A stretch of DNA of 55,570 nt, the filler included, from Platydemus manokwari (taxonomy: Eukaryota): assembly GCA_037951405.1 (NCBI GenBank). It is 5 parts of 5 records of this genome, joined end to end, with 100 filler letters (N's around TTAATTAATTAA, not from the genome) between each part and the next. Parts side by side here need not be neighbours in the genome. Positions count along the whole stretch, not along the records: positions 33,515 to 43,160 come from JBBMOY011222655.1; positions 43,261 to 55,570 come from JBBMOY010195561.1; 3 more parts are not named here. One strand, 5' to 3'. Positions 37,378 through 48,690 of this stretch are shown here, piece after piece. Position 1 is the stretch's first letter; each line of letters opens with the position of its first letter. The notes under the pieces are model-generated. The model was not told where the DNA came from. It saw only the letters and a list, made by a program, of their open reading frames with translations, and did not search any database. The position numbers and the translations under genes were made by a program.

Positions 37378-38143
37378 TTATTTATTTCTTTGAGCTCTAT
37401 AAATCGAAATCTTTGATCTGTCAGTTTGATTGATTGTTTCTTTGTGGCGCAAAGCTTGATAATTGTAGTTGTTTTTCTTTTTTTTAATTTTTGTGTTGAA
37501 AGTTTTCCATATTTGACGTTCCGCTTCAACTTTGGAATTAATTTCATCATCAAACATCTTTTTCTCATACAGCCGTTTCGCTTTGTATTCTTCAAAGCCC
37601 ATTTTGTTTTTATGTCTGAATATATGCTTAGGTAATACGATAATAATAAATGTTACAAAAATATTGATCACCTTTTACGTTGTCTAACTTTATTTGACAT
37701 CTTATCATCTGCTAATTTAAGCTTCAATGATGACAGCTAAACAGTAATTCAATACAATTTACAACCTGAAATTACTCACATCACAGATTTGTTTGTCGGT
37801 ATATTTGTTAAATCTAACTTGGCATGTTCCATCAGCATAGATATCTTCAATAATTGCATTATAAAAATGTTTATCTCCAATCCACATTGCCTGACATTCG
37901 TCCCCTTTATTCCATTTGAGTGCACTTTCATTTTGCTTGGCACTTTTGATGTCATCACACAATGCAATTGCTTCTTCTAAATGTTTTTTCAATTCGAGCA
38001 ACTCCTGATTGTCTGGATCAAGAGATAAAGAAACGGTAACCTAGATTCAGAATATATATAATATATAGTTATATTAATAAAATATTTCCAAAAAATTGTT
38101 CGTCTACTTGTTGATATTTAGAGAGAATATATTGATATAACAT
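37378..38143 (-). CDS. SMNDC1: SPF30/SMNDC1-like Tudor-domain splicing factor
   Basis: Exons ~38108-38143, 37780-38040, 37672-37736, 37378-37615. Contains QQV...LDPDNQELLELKKHLEEAIAL, the Tudor domain WNKGDECQAMWIGDKHFYNAIIEDI...VRFNKY, and EAERQIWKTFNTK. Start codon uncertain. Confidence 0.85.
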
Positions 38144-40605
38144 TATCCATCAAATGCTTACATTTCCACAAATAATTATAAATTATATTTTCAATAATGT
38201 TAAAAAGATTTGTATTTGCAAACAACTTGTTTGGTAAATTAGCGAATGATGAATTTATTTAAAAAACATTAAAATTAATTAATTTTAGTCTCGTCTCTGT
38301 ACATGTCAATATTACAAATGGTTATCCTTATTAGAAATAAGAAATTATAAAGAAATCATAAAGACACCAAACTAGAAACGAAAAATACTTGATCTCAAAT
38401 AAATAAATCTTCTTAACTATTCAAAACAATTCCATACTTTTAAAACAACTTTGTGCATTAACAATTGGAGCAAACAACTATAAACCCAACATTATCAGAA
38501 CCATCAAACAACTAATTTGTCATTAAACTAAAAATCGCGTGTTGATTATTCAAACTTGATTACGCTACACTTTTATACGTGAAGTTCATGAAGTATTGCT
38601 TGACAATTGATTATTCCCAGTCTTTGAATCGTAAATTATTTAAAATTGAAAATAATCTTTATCAAACACTAAAAACATCATTATGTAGTGTATTAAAATC
38701 AATTAAAATAAGAAAATTATTTTTAGTAAGAAACTTAAAATCCAATTATCAATTCATATGTATAATAATTACTGATTACTTAGAAACCACCAAGATTAAT
38801 TACTGGTGCTACTGGTATGATGCCATTCAAGTCTAACAAATAAAAACAAATTTTATATCCAAATACCATTACCAAGAGTTGTACACCTCAAGAAAAAAAG
38901 GATTACATTAAAAAATTAATGAATTCGAATTTATAAAACATTCAATTAACAATTCAGATAACTCAAATTTTTCAGATTAATATTTTGGTTGGATTAATGT
39001 GTCAAACGGCCCTTCATTCAAAACCATATTATATTTCATAACAAAATATTATATAAGAATTTTTCATCTGGTTCATTTAATTTTTTTCGCACTTCATTAA
39101 ATAAATTTCAAAAAACTTATTGTATTCTACGTCTGTGCCGAGGTCTAAGTCAATGAGTCATTTATTATGAAGCCATATCAACACAGACAGACCTCAATTG
39201 TTAATAAAATATTTCAAGCTATGTATAAAAATTAATCTAAAGTAAATAATTTGACAAGCTTAATTTATTTCAAAATCAAAGCAGATGTCATTAATAACGG
39301 AGTATCAAAATATGAACAATGTTGAAATTGCTGTCGTTTCTCTTTCAGGTGAAATTGATTGTCAAAAAACTTGCTGCATTTTTACTGAAAATTCAACAAA
39401 GCATCAATACGTATGCTTTTAGACAGGATTCCTTATTTACTTGAGACAATGTCAATTTTACTTCGATCTCATACTAGTGGCTTTTCAACAGTATTAAAAA
39501 ATAAAGTATTAAGTGTAAAACTTAAAACACTCCAAGTTCAAAACGCCGCTTTTATTTCGAACGCACAGTTAACAAATTGGAAGAAAAGAATCAAATCCTA
39601 GAACCAAAAATAATTAACAAAAAAATATTGTGCAATTAACAACAAAGATTTCGTTTCGGTAATGGTGGACAATGGTAGAGTATAAGTGATGTGGAGTCTA
39701 ATCTTATTGAAACCACAAACTTAAATTACTTCAATTGCTGAAAATCGGAGGTATCACAAATCCAAGTATGTCCTGGTACACTTCACTTGACTCATGAATT
39801 AATAATTTATATTGACCAAACTTATCAACCAAAGGTTCAATAAATAAAACAAACATTAAAGCTAACGTCAGCTCCAGTATAATGCAAAACAATATACGTA
39901 TTGGAAGGCTAATCAATTATTTAATAAACAGACCAAAAGATAAACATAATCTCATCAAATTATTTGCAAAAAAAGGTAAAATCGAGTAATCTTTTAAAAT
40001 AAGAAGATTAAACCTGCTGGATAAAGTAGATTCCAAAAAATGAATAGAAAAAAGAGATCATGATCCCAAACTAAAAATAATTTCAATTTGGACAACTCAG
40101 ACAGGACTTTCATCTGTAATAGTAAAGATTGCAAAGCAGTTCTTGATATGAAAAACCCTGAAGACTTCGTTCTAGGTAGAGTCAATAAAGGAAACAAACT
40201 GAAAAGACAAAACATAAGGACCATTAGAAATAAGGTTAACGATACCAGAAAAAACTGTTTGCTGCAACTAAAATAAACTAGGAGAATTATTGGAATTTTG
40301 ATTTAGATATAAGATTTCTAGAAAAAAAACCATAGATCAGGAATATCCAAAAGTAAATTAGTCAAGACCTATGGCGAAGGATAGAAGTGACAGTCTTTGA
40401 TAACACAAATAATATTTCCGATAGTAACTTTAGCGTCTAAAATGTAGGCATGAGAGTCAATCCAACGTTAAGAAAAATGACAACAACATCCGGTAAAGGA
40501 GCATAAAATGTGCTGATTGAAATGTCATTGAAATTTATATTAAAAAATTTATAAAAAATATTCCAAATAAAAAATTAAATTATTATTGTCTACCCAAATT
40601 AATTA

Positions 40606-41788
40606 TTGGGTTTGTGCATAAGTTCGTGCAGTTTTGTACAATTATGAAAAATACATACTAATCAAGAATAAAAATCATGCAAAAAATTACAGATAACAAA
40701 ATGAATTTATAAAATCATTAGATAAAAAAATATCTCAGTCTCAATTGGAAGGATATTCTACGCCACAATCGATCACTTCTTTTCAGTGTCATGGCAGTTT
40801 GTCAAACCCACGTTTAAAGAAGCTTGGTGATTTTTGGTTGAAAAATTCTTCAATCTACTGTGTCATTGCTTCTGCGTTTTTAAAAGTGAGACCAGAAAAA
40901 TGGTTCGGCATGGAAAGGAAAAGATGAAAATCTGTTGAGGCTAAATCAAGGAAATATGAAGGATGGGAAGAACTTCCAATCCAAACTCTTCAATAGACAA
41001 CTTTGTAATTGTGGCGACATGAGGCCGAGTATCGCCATGACGTAAAAGTATCTGCTTCTTATTGGTCTTTGCTTTGATTGCAATGTTTACTCGCTTGAGT
41101 TGTTCACAATGAAATTCCGCATTGGTTTTTTGGCAAGATTTCGTAATGAATAACACCAACTTGGTACCAACAAATACACAGCATGCATCATTTCTCATCA
41201 CCTATTACGCTTCTTAAAGCAAAGATTGATGTTGCTGCACAACACGCTAGTAGAGAACGAGTATATATACAGAAATTGAAACACGTTGATTTTTGTGACT
41301 TTCTTTGAGGTACCCATGATGCAAGCTTTTGAATTTTTTCTATTTTCTTGAGATGACGAGAAATAGTGGTGTGATCACAATCCATGACTTATCCAAGCGA
41401 TTGTGTCGATTGATGAGGATCATCATGAATCAATTGGTTCAAGCAGTCTTCATCAAAGTACGTCGTTTAAATTAAAATATCCACTGTTAAATATTGAAAA
41501 CCATTTTTGTGCTGTTCGTTCACTTACTTTTCTCCATAAACGCAATAAATCATTTTGGTGGCTACTGCAGCGTTTTAATGTTGATTAAAATAAGAGTAGA
41601 TGCTGGAAATTTTCATTTTTATCTATCTGACACTCCACTTTGAAGAGGGTAATGAAAGCGAAAGTCAGTCTAAAATGATTTAAATAGATAATTCAGCTGA
41701 ATGAATATAACTCAAATCAGTTAAAACAAGAAATTGGTATGTATTCTTTGTAACAAATAAACCCGCACAAATTTATGCATCAGCCCTA
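40606..41788 (-). mobile_element. Full-length decayed mariner element (~1.18 kb)
   Basis: Imperfect TIRs TTGGGTTTGTGCATAAGTTCGTGCAGTTT and (reverse complement) TAGGGCTGATGCATAAATTTGTGCGGGTTT with TA flanks. Transposase pieces: HTTISRHLKKI..IQKLASWVPQ, VIGDEK, LRHGDTRPHVA and a frameshifted YSPD-type region. Confidence 0.9.
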
Positions 41789-41899
41789 TAATAAAAGCAA
41801 TAATAATTAAAACAATAATAATACATAAAAATGATATATATTCAATTTTAGATGAATAAAAACGCCTAAATTACATTGACAAAACAATTACAATTTGAA

Positions 41900-42960
41900 A
41901 TTGTTTGTAGAAAAAATTTTATGGTATTAAAAGCATTATCAGATTAAAATTGTTGCCTCCATAATATTGCGTAAATATAGGATAACAAATTTCCTTATGG
42001 ATCTACTTCTGAGACAGCTATCCTTAGGCACATTCAATGGTGCTTCTATATTCTGAGTGTAAATGTCTCGGTTTTCTAGATTTATAAAGCACTTTGAGTG
42101 ATTAACGGCGCTATGTTGATAACCGAGAATTTGAAGACAGCTATACGATCTCCAGTTATTCGGATATATAATGGATCCTAGTTTCACCCATCTACAATTA
42201 AGTAAAATGTTTTGTAAATATAGTATTTCTGTAAATATTATATTACTGTCTGATTATTGCTTTTAGGGCTGCAGCGCTTCGGTTGAGGAGTGGACTTAGG
42301 AAGCAATTCTTCTTGTTTTATCTTTCCAGTTCTCCAACAATCAAAATTTTAGGTCTTCGACGTCATCGATTATATCTGGCCCTTCAAAATAAGCCTTATC
42401 GATTTCGAAGACTATATAATGACCTCCGATAATTTTCCTGTTCCACGTCATTTGTTCATAAACGTGGAATCGACAAATTCTGAACCTTAATAAATTCTTA
42501 GTTTAATTTTATTAAGAATTATTACCATTTCGTAATTGTTGGCTTGCTTACGAAGGTCATTTGATAACACACTTTTCGTGTGAATTCCGTGCCCCACAAA
42601 TAACTAATACTGAAAATGTCAAAAAGGGATAAGGCCAAATTGCTGGACCAACTCCTTATTCGAATTCCAATACTTGTTTTGTATTTGTGGCATCTCCAAC
42701 TATATAATTTTCTTGATTTTGGTAAAAATTTCATTGGATTGCCACATTGACATATTTTGGATCTATGTATCCAACCTATTAAATAAATATTTATGCACTT
42801 ATTTTAAGTTAAAATATAATGACCTAATTCCTGGCATTTTCAATAATTTCTATATCACTTCTTTCTTTAAATAATCATAAAAATTTTGGATACCTTTCCA
42901 CTTGCTTCTAATTTTAAAAAAATGGGTCCTCGGTAATTTTAAAAAAATTGCATTTTGACC
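41900..42960 (-). mobile_element. Decayed Merlin (IS1016/IS1595-like DDE) DNA transposon
   Basis: Minus-strand fragments LYSWRCHK...IRIRSW...YLW (N-terminal part), KIIGGH.IVFEIDKAYF and GSIIYPNNWRSY...GYQHSAVNHSKCF...TQNIEA match Merlin/ISXO2-like motifs; boundaries approximate. Confidence 0.8.
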
Positions 42961-43160
42961 TAATTAAATAATTAATTTTAGTGAATTTTGAAGCTCTAGT
43001 GTACATAATATATGATTATAAACAACTAAAATTCTTCTCAAGTACTTATTGGGTCTATAACTTAATAACCGGAATTCGACACCAGATGTAAACACTTGTG
43101 TATGTGCTGTAGCAAATCATTAACATACACGTCATTTTGAAGCTCTATTCATAAGCTATC

Positions 43161-43260
43161 NNNNNNNNNNNNNNNNNNNNNNNNNNNNNNNNNNNNNNNN
43201 NNNNTTAATTAATTAANNNNNNNNNNNNNNNNNNNNNNNNNNNNNNNNNNNNNNNNNNNN
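43161..43260. other. Artificial linker N44-TTAATTAATTAA-N44
   Basis: Same as 12577-12676. Confidence 0.95.
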
Positions 43261-45831
43261 CATTATTACTAAAAATAATAATTATTAATCATTATTATTA
43301 TAAATTATTATTAATATTANNNNNNNNNNNNNNNNNNNNNNNNNNNNNNNNNNNNNNNNNNNNNNNNNNNNNNNNNNNNNNNNNNNNNNNNNNNNNNNNN
43401 NNNNNNNNNNNNNNNNNNNNNNNNNNNNNNNNNNNNNNNNNNNNNNNNNNNNNNNNNNNNNNNNNNNNNNNNNNNNNNNNNNNNNNNNNNNNNNNNNNNN
43501 NNNNNNNNNNNNNNNNNNNNNNNNNNNNNNNNNNNNNNNNNNNNNNNNNNNNNNNNNNNNNTTAATATTATCGAGTAATCATAGCCGTTAGATATATGGT
43601 TCTATGATTGTTATTAAAAGTGATTCTTGGGCATTTCGGATCACGATATCAATTTATATTTTAAAAATTCTGATAAATTTCACTTGGAATCTGATATTTA
43701 TAATATTTCCAAGATTATCAGATGAAGTTTTGTTATTTCCTGAAATCATTCAATGAAAATCAATTAATATCTATGTTTATGTTTGTTACCGATATAATCA
43801 TTAATCGGAATCATGTTGACAAGAAATAAGTATATATAATTCATTATTCAAGTTTTATTCGAAGCAAATCATCTAATTCGATATAATAATCTTTATGATA
43901 ATATCAGATTCGATTACTCATATTTTGTAAGCAGATGAATATCTTTAAATTAATTCCCATTGATTATTGAATTCGATGATTTATCATTGGTCGTTGGAAA
44001 TTTTTTAAAACAATCTAACATCATTAATTAATTTTACGATTAATTACTGAAAATTCTTTAATATTTCAGTGGTAGAGATTAACGATCATTAATAAATATT
44101 ATTAAAAATCAATATTATTGTGTGAATATGAATTGCTGAAGGATATTCATTTGTGGCAAAGAGATCTGATATCACCATGAAAGCTGAAATCTTAATATAA
44201 GATTTTCCTCGAATAAAATTTAATCTGGTTAGTCTCAGNNNNNNNNNNNNNNNNNNNNNNNNNNNNNNNNNNNNNNNNNNNNNNNNNNNNNNNNNNNNNN
44301 NNNNNNNNNNNNNNNNNNNNNNNNNNNNNNNNNNNNNNNNNNNNNNNNNNNNNNNNNNNNNNNNNNNNNNNNNNNNNNNNNNNNNNNNNNNNNNNNNNNN
44401 NNNNNNNNNNNNNNNNNNNNNNNNNNNNNNNNNNNNNNNNNNNNNNNNNNNNNNNNNNNNNNNNNNNNNNNNNNNNNNNNNNNNNNNNNNNNNNNNNNNN
44501 NNNNNNNNNNNNNNNNNNNNNNNNNNNNNNNNNNNNNNNNNNNNNNNNNNNNNNNNNNNNNNNNNNNNNNNNNNNNNNNNNNNNNNNNNNNTCCTGGTGA
44601 ATTGAAAATTATATTTATAGTGTTGAAAGCTTTCTCATGAATTATATCAAAAAATACCTCAGAATTGCCCACCCACGACCGTGATGATAAATTTATTGTT
44701 TTAGTTTATCATCATATTTATTATAAATTTTAATCACTAAAAAATTATCTTAAAAAACCATACATTTTTAACGACAAAAAATTCTAGCAAATAAAGATAT
44801 TTTTTTCTCACATTCATCACAAATTTATTGCCAGAAATATAATGAAAGACTGTCTCGACTAAATATAAGGAATTCAATTATATTCCCTCTAGATTATTTG
44901 TAATAAATTAAAAACATAATTGTTATTATTATACTTTTTTCAAAAAAATAATTTTACAGAAATGATTTTTCGTTACTTTCCACCAGCTTTTTTGCTTCTT
45001 GAATTGTGGAGAATTAATTAAAAAATTCGATACATAAGAATGATATAAAGTATGACGAAAATTAAATTATTCGTAGCTTTTACAATTTTCATAAATAACG
45101 CTAGTGTGTGTGTCTAGGTAGGCGTGTTGGAAAGAATAATCTATATTTGCAGCACACAAGTGAAAAACTTACGGATATTTTTTGATATTTTAGAAAAGAT
45201 AATTTATATATGTATATAACTTTTAATAATTTCAGTAGAGTGGAATATTGTATGGCGTCAGTCGTCATTGATTTTTATTAACAAAATTCTAATCAATAGT
45301 AAATAGGTGAATTTTATGAGTGAGAAATTCAATAATATTAGCAGAGATATAACCATATCATCGAACATATTCTGTGAGAAAGAGCACCGATTTTTATAGA
45401 ATTAGTGCTCTTGTTTCTATGGTTTTACATTCCATGGAAACAGTACTTACTATCCAATGAAATCAATGACGAATAACTTCAATATTAAATAAATATTTGC
45501 TCCGAATATTTAGTAATTTTAATTTAACTCATAAATTATGGATTAACATAAGCATGGGGTCCGACATAATCAGTATTGAAGTAGATATTCAATGAAAATA
45601 CCGATTAAAAATTCATTATTTTATTGATTATTCTAAAACTAGAATAAGTACGGAAATTTTTTTCAATCAAAATTATACTCGAAGATTATGAAACAAATCG
45701 TTTCAAATTTCCTGTTGAAAAAAATCTATTGTTTTTGGATGAATTCTCCGGCTTTTCATTGAAAAGCTGAAGCATTATATTTGGTATGAAATAATATTTA
45801 ATTATATAATTTCAATCAATCGGTTTTTTTA

Positions 45832-48690
45832 CCGACATCAAACAATTATTTGTAGAAAATTTAGTGATTTTCTCGCATATCAATATCGTTATCAGAGATA
45901 ATTTCTGATCGATTCTCATTTTAAAAGTATATTCTATCACTCACCTTTGTCTCACTGGCATTATTGTCTTTCTTCTTGTATCGATTGAAAAGCTTTTTGT
46001 CACTTATCAAAATATTTTTCTGTTCATCTTCACTGATGTAGCTGATTTGCTTGCAATCGCTTTTATTGATTGGAATAATATGTCGCTGAGGAGAATACAA
46101 TCGAGGATAACTACTGTAATCGTTTGGACTGTCGGCATCATAATAATGATAATTATGGCTGTTTAATGTGGCATTGATAGTCGACTGGGAGCATTGTTTC
46201 GATTCGAATTGTTGGTGATATGATTTCGATGCTGGCATTTGCAGAGAAGTTAATTGATTTATATCATCAATCCATCGACAGACATCGTTCTTTGGAGATC
46301 TTGAAAAAAAATAGCAGCTTGTTTTGAAAATCAAGATAATGATTGAATAGACTCTTACGGATTTATGGCACTGATTTGTTGGTCGGTTTGGAAATTTAAT
46401 TTCGCTAAATACTTATTTTCAACCAAAATTTTCGAAATGAGCAGATTTACTTGGAGATATTCTCGAATTGAGACTGTTATATCGAATATCACTCAATCCA
46501 ATATATTCATTGGCGCTCTTCAGTAAATCGACTTCATCGGTTATCTCACTGATATCAGACAGTGGATGAAACTCTGTCGTCGAATCAATAGTTTGATACT
46601 CATACTGTGTCTCCTATAATTCATTTATCATTGACATCTACTATTCCAATAAGTGGTACTTGTGATTTCATTGTGGCCTTGGTAGATTTGCTAAGAGATC
46701 CCAATACTTGTTTCACTGTTTCTGGAGTGGAAGTGGTACTGACAGAATAGTTTGGTTTGTCGGGAATATTTTCTGATTTTTGGAACACATTTGGCCCATC
46801 GACCCACAATTCTTGCCCGTTTAGAATTACGGCCTTTGCCATTCGGATTGCAGACTTCGGCCAAGCCAGTGCATTTGTTCTTGGGTGAGTTTTTCGTTTG
46901 TTTGTGTTCACTGGTGTGCCTCCACGAGAATAGCTGGATTGGGACATTAGAAGATCCTTACAACCCTACAATTCAATTTGAAAAAAAAAATCACAGTTTA
47001 AAATTCCATAGAAAAACTCAAAATAATTTACTGAATCCGAATCTGAAGAGATGAATACCGATCTCAGCCTCCTTGAAATAAGAGATTCATCATCACTATT
47101 GCCGCGTTTGTCTTTTCTGAGACAAATAACAGTTTCGGCGCACGAAATTTCACTGTTTGATGTGATTTCTGAGTCTGAGAATTTTCCTGACTTATGGGGA
47201 GTGTAATTCGTTATTTTTAGATAAGAGCTTTTCTGGTTGGTTTTCGATTGATATTCGTGACAAGTCCAACTTTTTTTCAACTTGATTTTTAACCGTTGAA
47301 TTCTTCCCGACAATTGTAACAACTAATAATGAAGGAATTAAATGTTTTCAAAAACCTGTCTTCATGATTGTCAAATCAATTACTTGATAAGCGTCCTGGA
47401 ATTTTTTCTCATTCCCTGATATCTGGGTGATGAACGAATGAAAGCCAATGTTTTTCTGGAAAATGTCTGAAAATAGTTTCTGGAATTGTTTTTCAAAATG
47501 GCCATTTTTATTTTCACCATTCAGATGAGAAATGATAAATTTGGATAGAAACGGAAGTGACATGGAATGTTGTTGGTTTCGACATTTTGTTAAGTCCAAA
47601 TTCAGCAGAAAAATCTTTGAGCATTTTGATGAAACTTAATACGAAAATTCCCCCTAAATTCGTCCAATAACTCATCAATAAAAATACCTGAACAAGCTGA
47701 AGATTTTAAACCGGTTTGTTGATACAAATGAAATATGTAGAGAATGTGTTTTTTGGACTTATCGCATTTTCTCTGATTATTAGAATAATTTTCATTGAAA
47801 AATCCAATTGCTGAATCGATATCATTGCACCGTCGATAAAACGCATTATCAATTGTTGTTTGATGATCGGAATTGATTTCATTTGATTTTCCCAGATCCG
47901 TTACAATATCATCTTCCTCATCGATTTCCAGCTGGGAAATGCGTACCGAGAATTTGAAATCCATATTTTCCTCACAGACATTCAAATAATGATACAGCCA
48001 TGTGACCAACGTTTCCAGGAAATCTCGATTCCATAATTTTGAACTGGCTCTGGTTCCTGGATTACATGAACATACGATTACGTTATCATTTAATACAGAG
48101 AGAAAGAAAAAAAAATCTAATGTTGTCATACCTCTGTTTGCTGAGACAATTAGAGAATTTTCATTCTCAACGGCACGCTTGATCACAGACGCGAGAAGGT
48201 CCGAAAAAATCGTTTCCTGCATACGATAAAAGTCAACACATTATGTAATAGATACGAAAAAAATTTGAAAAATTATGCAAATACATCAATATTCAATGTA
48301 AATTTGTCTTTTGTTGTTGTAAAATAAAGTCCAGATTGAAATCCAACTCTTACATGTGTTAATATCGAATCCAACAAGAATGTCTTTTGTACTTTTTGAC
48401 TGAAAAACGGATGATTCGACGATTCCGGATTGACAGTGATGCTATTGGTTTTGGTATTCACGGTGAAATTGTTGTTGTCTTCTTTATTGTGATGAATTTT
48501 AACGACATTGTATATCTATAGTGGAAAAATTCGTTTATTAACACCATTTCTTTTCACGATTGATTTAAATTATTATAGGAACAAGCATCATTACTTTATC
48601 TCGGATCACTTTGGAATCATTTTTATGACCTTCCGAAAAATCCACCAATGCCAATGGTAATTTGTTGAGTGATTTTTTAAATTTTTCCAT
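45832..48690 (-). CDS. KIF26: Divergent KIF26/kinesin-11-like protein; 3' end unresolved
   Basis: Spliced exons give KTFLLDSI, TWLYHYL...FKFSVRISQLEI, HILYIFHLYQ, SKIFLLNLDLTKC, MSLPFLSKFIISHLNG, LQLSGRIQRLK, SCAETVI and ELWVDGP. These are collinear with the KIF26 motifs SWLF..FSVRVSA.EV, HMLFTLHVYQ, SRLHLIDLGSC, LSLSALG.VILALVNG, QLAARIHRL and SCDTVIY. Confidence 0.78.

Noticed and set aside
12677-38143. A neural or transcriptional gene cluster (iGluR, TAF1, ZC4H2, SMNDC1)
   Set aside because: The genes lie on separate pieces joined by artificial linkers; only ZC4H2 and SMNDC1 are demonstrably linked.
44235-44672. 145-aa ORF in the track
   Set aside because: Almost entirely N gap.
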